From assembly GCA_963789265.1 (NCBI GenBank), contig CAWBKB010000005.1:416001-480000 (forward strand): a stretch of 64,000 nucleotides of DNA, in the 5' to 3' direction. The notes below the pieces were generated by a model, which did no database searches, was not told where the DNA came from, and saw only the letters and a list, made by a program, of their open reading frames with translations. Made by a program: the position numbers and the translations under genes. Shown piece after piece: positions 59,777-64,000 of the stretch; the stretch's first letter is position 1; each line of letters opens with the position of its first letter. The DNA is from an uncultured delta proteobacterium (lineage in GTDB: Bacteria; Desulfobacterota; Desulfomonilia; Desulfomonilales; Desulfomonilaceae).

Positions 59777-61862
59777 CACAGCCCGAGCTGGAGGGAAATT
59801 CGCAGGATCCCACAGATCTTGCGAAATCTCACCCGTTTCCATTGTACCCGGCAAGTTCCGGGCCTTCAGGTATCTTCTTGCCACACTTGTAAGCCTGTCG
59901 ATCTGCGCTGCCAGCATCGAAAACGGGTTGAGTCCGCTGGTGTTGCTGGTGCTGCCGGTCGTGATTACGGCTCTTTTGCGGTCGGATTTCTCGCACCCGT
60001 TCTTTCTTTCGGAACTGACGATTACGATCCTCTTTCTGATCTATGTCCCCCTTTTTTGCCTGGGTATGCTTATTGCTAACGGAAACCTGTCTCTTCCTCT
60101 GTTTGTTGTCTACTTCACATTCGGAACTATATTGGCTAGAGTATTATCACCGCTAACAGACCGCAATGTGAGGCAATTGATCTTCTTGAGCATCGGGCTC
60201 ATCCTCATAAATTGCATACTTACCAACCACTTGGTCTTTGGGCTTATTCTCCCCTTTTATCTCTTCGCGCTCATGGGCACGCTTCTCTCATTCCATCTGG
60301 CCCGAAACTACGCCCCGTCGTATGACACCTTTGAACCCCCAAGTGGAGAAGGATTCAGGAACGGATGGTACACCAGCCTCGTCAAATATGTCATCTGCGC
60401 GGTTATGTTAACGGTAGTCATGTTCGTCATCCTGCCGAGGCCCTTTCTGACAATGCCGGGCTTTAGCGCAGCTTCGGCGCGGGGTGGAGGATTTGCGGAT
60501 CTGGAACAACAGATCACATACCAGGAAATGGCCAGGATGGCGGGTAGGCACAGAATCGCCTTTGTCGTAAACGTAGAAAGTGGCACCCTCCCTGAGGTGC
60601 CCTATTGGCGGGGTCGCGTGCTGGACAAAACCGACGGCCGGCGGTGGATCCCGTCTGGAGAAAACAAAGCGATGACCAGGCTGATTCATGCCGACACTTC
60701 TCAAAGCGTCCTCTATCGAGTGATCCCTTATCGGCTTCACTCCAAAGTGATTTATGTCTCCGGCCTGCCGGTGAAGGCCACAGGCCGTGGGGGCGGGCAG
60801 CTCTTTATAACTTCTGCAGGGGAGGTGATCGTTGATTCACCTTTCTTGTTTGCGAACTCATACATGGTACGGGCTGTCGATCGTCCGATCCCTGTGATGC
60901 CCGGGACGCGAGCAATCAATTTGGACCGAGCGGGTGTGACACAGCGGATAGAAAAGCTGACCAGGAAGTGGACCGCAGGCTTTTCCTCTCCCAGGGACCG
61001 GGCTGGGGTATTGGCGTCAAGGCTTAAGAGCGGATTCAAGTATCTTCTCCGAACACCGCCCCCACCAGCGAAGGTTCACCCCATCGAGTACTTTCTTTTC
61101 AAATCCCGTGCCGGCGATTGTGAGTACTTCGCGGGAGCACTCTGCTTGATGCTGAGATCCATCGGAATCCCTGCCCGTGTAGTTGAAGGTTTCATGGGCG
61201 CGGAGCGAACCAGCCTGCCCAATGAATTCATTGTCCGCTTTTCCGCCGCCCATGCCTGGGTGGAAGCAGCGCTGGATGACACCGGCTGGACAACGCTCGA
61301 CCCTACCCCCCCAGGGAGCGAATTGGCAGAGAATTATCTTTGGAGACTGGCGTCAGATCTCTATGATTCTCTGGATTACAAATGGACAAAGAACGTGATC
61401 TACTTTGATCGTTCAGATCAAGCCATGATCTTTGAAGCTTTCACAAAACTACTGTCCGCGCGGGTCTCTCTTCCTTTTGCAATCTCTCGAGTTTTAAAGT
61501 CGTACTTCCTGTCCATAATCATAGCCGCATGCGCTCTTTCGATCGCCGCTTTGATCATTTTCCTATTCCGCCGTAAGGAAGTTGGACTTTCCGAAGTCTA
61601 TCTGATGACCATGAGAGACCTGGTCAAGCACGGAATCCTGCGAGGTGTGCACCCCTGGCATGAGCAAAATGTCTCTGAGATAATTGAGAAATACCCTCCT
61701 CTCAAGGACCCGGTTCAGAAGTTTATGGATGATTACATGAGTGCAAGATTCGGCAAGGAAGAAAAGGTGTCGGCCGAGATCCTGAAAAAATCCCGCAAGG
61801 AACTGCTTGAGAGTGCAAGAGGTTTGGATCGGCCAAATGGTGGGCATCCCGTGGCTGATTGA
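59760..61862 (+). CDS. TgpA-like transglutaminase domain membrane protein (DUF3488)
   Basis: TM N-terminus, YWRGRVLD, GDCEYFA, GIPARVVEGF, AHAWVE, LDPTP. Confidence 0.9.
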   Translation: MNVFPDTARAGGKFAGSHRSCEISPVSIVPGKFRAFRYLLATLVSLSICAASIENGLSPLVLLVLPVVITALLRSDFSHPFFLSELTITILFLIYVPLFCLGMLIANGNLSLPLFVVYFTFGTILARVLSPLTDRNVRQLIFLSIGLILINCILTNHLVFGLILPFYLFALMGTLLSFHLARNYAPSYDTFEPPSGEGFRNGWYTSLVKYVICAVMLTVVMFVILPRPFLTMPGFSAASARGGGFADLEQQITYQEMARMAGRHRIAFVVNVESGTLPEVPYWRGRVLDKTDGRRWIPSGENKAMTRLIHADTSQSVLYRVIPYRLHSKVIYVSGLPVKATGRGGGQLFITSAGEVIVDSPFLFANSYMVRAVDRPIPVMPGTRAINLDRAGVTQRIEKLTRKWTAGFSSPRDRAGVLASRLKSGFKYLLRTPPPPAKVHPIEYFLFKSRAGDCEYFAGALCLMLRSIGIPARVVEGFMGAERTSLPNEFIVRFSAAHAWVEAALDDTGWTTLDPTPPGSELAENYLWRLASDLYDSLDYKWTKNVIYFDRSDQAMIFEAFTKLLSARVSLPFAISRVLKSYFLSIIIAACALSIAALIIFLFRRKEVGLSEVYLMTMRDLVKHGILRGVHPWHEQNVSEIIEKYPPLKDPVQKFMDDYMSARFGKEEKVSAEILKKSRKELLESARGLDRPNGGHPVAD

Positions 61863-62357
61863 CCAATGCCGCAATTGACTTCGGAAAGATAGGCCACGCG
61901 GATTATAAGTTTGGCCGAACTTTTCATGCGCGCGGGAGGCCGGTTCCGTCAGCCTACAACTATTACGAAGATAAGTGTCGTGTTCACCAGCCACCAATTG
62001 AACAAGGATTGGTGCTTCAGTACCTGCGAAGAGATTCCCTGGTACGGCCCTTTGCGGGCAAGCGTCATCTTCACGGGAGACGCCCATCATTGCGTGTAAT
62101 TACGATAAGGCTGGCCTTGACTCTCCTGGTGTTCCGCACTCGGAAGTAAATCTGGATAAAAAACCGCGATAATTTCCATCATCTATTAACGACAAGCCCG
62201 AAAATTCGTCGAACTGAATGGGAACAAGAAGTGGGCTTGCGTGTCTATCACGAGCACATCTTCAATTACTACACTTCAATTCCAAGGGTAAAAAAACCGG
62301 TTAGAAAGATGGTTTGAGTCGTCAACTGACGTACTTCAGAACGAGAAAGGAGTAAAC

Positions 62358-62783
62358 TTGATTAGAAACTTCATGGTATTGGCAGCGGTTGCTTTTGCGG
62401 GCATACTCGCAGTAACGGTGCCGGTCGGTCCAGCCTGCGCAGCCCCGGCGAGTCCAGCCCCCACCAGTGCAAGCGCGTCAACAGACAACGTGGTCGGGAC
62501 TCAAAGCCAGGTGCCGGTTCAATTGGTCATGCGTGGTGGCGGTGGTGGCCATGGTGGTGGCGGCCATGCATTCGCTGGCCGTGGATTCAGTGGCCGTTCA
62601 TTCGGTGGCCGTTCATTCGCCGGTCGTGGATTTCGCGGTGGTCGGTTCTACGGTCGCCGGTTCTATGGCCGCCGGTTCTATGGCGGTGGGTTCTATGGGG
62701 GGATTTACAGCCCATATTACGGCGACTACGATAACGACTGCTATTGGGACGGGTACCAGTGGATATGTCCCGATGACTTCTGA
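62358..62783 (+). CDS. Secreted Gly/Arg/aromatic-rich low-complexity protein
   Basis: AAGGAG RBS, TTG start, signal peptide, 5-residue GR(S/G/R)F-type repeats, C-terminal CYWDGYQWICP. Confidence 0.7.
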   Translation: MIRNFMVLAAVAFAGILAVTVPVGPACAAPASPAPTSASASTDNVVGTQSQVPVQLVMRGGGGGHGGGGHAFAGRGFSGRSFGGRSFAGRGFRGGRFYGRRFYGRRFYGGGFYGGIYSPYYGDYDNDCYWDGYQWICPDDF

Positions 62784-63040
62784 CCTGAACTGAAAAGCAT
62801 ACGGGGTTAATGAACTGAGAGGAAATTCACGAATGCTTGGAACTGCCGAGTGACCGCCCCACGGTTGAAATAGTAGATATTTCAGCCGTTACACAAGCTG
62901 CCCCGGTGTTCTTCTGAAAATCTTTTCTAGGACCATCAAAAGAATCCCTGGCAATCAGGCTGTGTGTATTGCGGAATGCACACAGCCTGATTTTTTTGCG
63001 TGACAGTTCGCCCTGCCAAAAGCGGACAAAATCGCTGGTT

Positions 63041-63207
63041 TATAGCCATTGCAAAAAGTAATGACCTGTTCACCGCTCGTCACCCCGGCGAAAGCCGGGG
63101 TCCAGTCCCGCGAGGAACGCGGGATTGAAAAGACTGGATTCCGGCCTCCGCCGGAATGACGGTGCCAGGCTATCTGCAATCGGACAGAACTTTTGGCAAT
63201 GGGTTTA
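63041..63207. mobile_element. Degenerate MITE-like element containing a CGTCA...TGACG repeat
   Basis: Imperfect 19-bp TIR (TATAGCCATTGCAAAAAGT / ACTTTTGGCAATGGGTTTA, 3 mismatches); internal double hairpin at 63078-63161. Confidence 0.55.
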
Positions 63208-63242
63208 GATTGCCCCATTGGAACAGTCCCGAATAGCCTGGG

Positions 63243-64000
63243 TTAAATTACTCCCTGTTGGACCAAAGAGGCCAAATCTCCAGCAGACAGGCCCAATTCT
63301 CCGAGGATTTCATGGGTGTGCTGACCCAAATTGGGTGCGGGTCGATCGTCCACCGCCGGCGAATGGGACAATCTGATGGGAGAGGACAGAAAACGGCGGC
63401 CGTCTGACGACTTGGTTATCATGTCACGGGCCTCGGCGAGGGGTGAGTCGACGGCCTCGTCGAGAGACAGGACGGGTTCGCAGCACGCGTCTGAATCTTT
63501 CAACAGTTCCACCCATTCGTCTCTCGTACGCGATGCGAAGATTTGCTGAATTTCAGCGACAAACTCTTTTGCGCCAAATTGCTCCGAAATGAGGTCCGTA
63601 CGGTTCACGGCCGTGCAAAAGTTTTTCCAGAATTTGAATTCAAGGGCCCCGAGCGACATATATTTTCCGTCACCGGTCCTATATAGTCCATAACAGGGGC
63701 AGCGCCCGGTTAAAATCATCTGCCCCGCCTCAGCACGCTCCAGGCCGGCTTGGACACCGCCGAAAACCATCGTTGCGAGAGATAACGCCCCATCGAACAT
63801 GGCCGCGTCCACAAATTGGCCTCGGCCTGTCTTTTCCCGTTGAATTATCGCTGCAAGCAGGCCGGACAAGGCCATGAGGCTTCCACCGGCCAGATCGGCA
63901 ATCTGGACTCCAGAAATCGCAGGGGTTCCTGCCCGAGTTCCGCTCATTCCAATTATCCCCGCTAGTGACAGATAGTTCACGTCGTGGCCGGCCCGAAGCC
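63243..64000 (-). CDS. CaiB/BaiF family III CoA-transferase; 5' part outside the window
   Basis: AGHDVNYLSLAG, IADLAGG, GRGQFVDAAMFD, ALEFKFW, APNLGQHT. Confidence 0.9.
   Translation of the reverse strand, partial: LRAGHDVNYLSLAGIIGMSGTRAGTPAISGVQIADLAGGSLMALSGLLAAIIQREKTGRGQFVDAAMFDGALSLATMVFGGVQAGLERAEAGQMILTGRCPCYGLYRTGDGKYMSLGALEFKFWKNFCTAVNRTDLISEQFGAKEFVAEIQQIFASRTRDEWVELLKDSDACCEPVLSLDEAVDSPLAEARDMITKSSDGRRFLSSPIRLSHSPAVDDRPAPNLGQHTHEILGELGLSAGDLASLVQQGVI

Noticed and set aside
62530..62705. Tandem repeats as a CRISPR array
   Set aside because: They are 15-nt coding repeats without unique spacers, and there are no cas genes in the window.

Overview
This 64 kb window looks like a sulfate-reducing deltaproteobacterium (Desulfobacterota, Desulfomonile-like), inferred from a canonical dsrC and the general gene content. 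The highlight is an ArsR-headed operon at 37481-40393 that the ORF track splits into five pieces. It reads as three genes with four in-frame UGA codons, each followed by a SECIS-like hairpin: (1) a LULATC protein; (2) a membrane-anchored rhodanese with a U-x4-U motif fused to DsbD-beta and thioredoxin domains; (3) a NEPNGKPU thioredoxin-like protein. From memory these match families named TsoA/TsoB/TsoC, of unknown function. A divergent Cys-rich ArsR plus small-protein pair lies upstream and a fatty-acid-hydroxylase-family gene downstream. The left ~8.3 kb is a probable integrated island (cynS, mscS, a recD2 fragment, a HEPN protein, a HExxH protein). It is bounded by only the 5' half of a tRNA-Val(CAC) gene, with adjacent arm-like repeats. 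The rest holds housekeeping genes (plsB-like, dsrC, TolC, M20, namZ-like, SPFH/NfeD, udg, coaBC, tRNA-Arg, ybaB-recR, lipB, thiolase, cdd, acuA-like, MoxR-DUF58-transglutaminase), a GT4/GH130 mannoside cluster, and several MITEs, some inserted into REP-like palindromes. At least eight genes carry a +1 frameshift, mostly in short base runs, which is most likely sequencing error. No CRISPR array or rRNA was seen.
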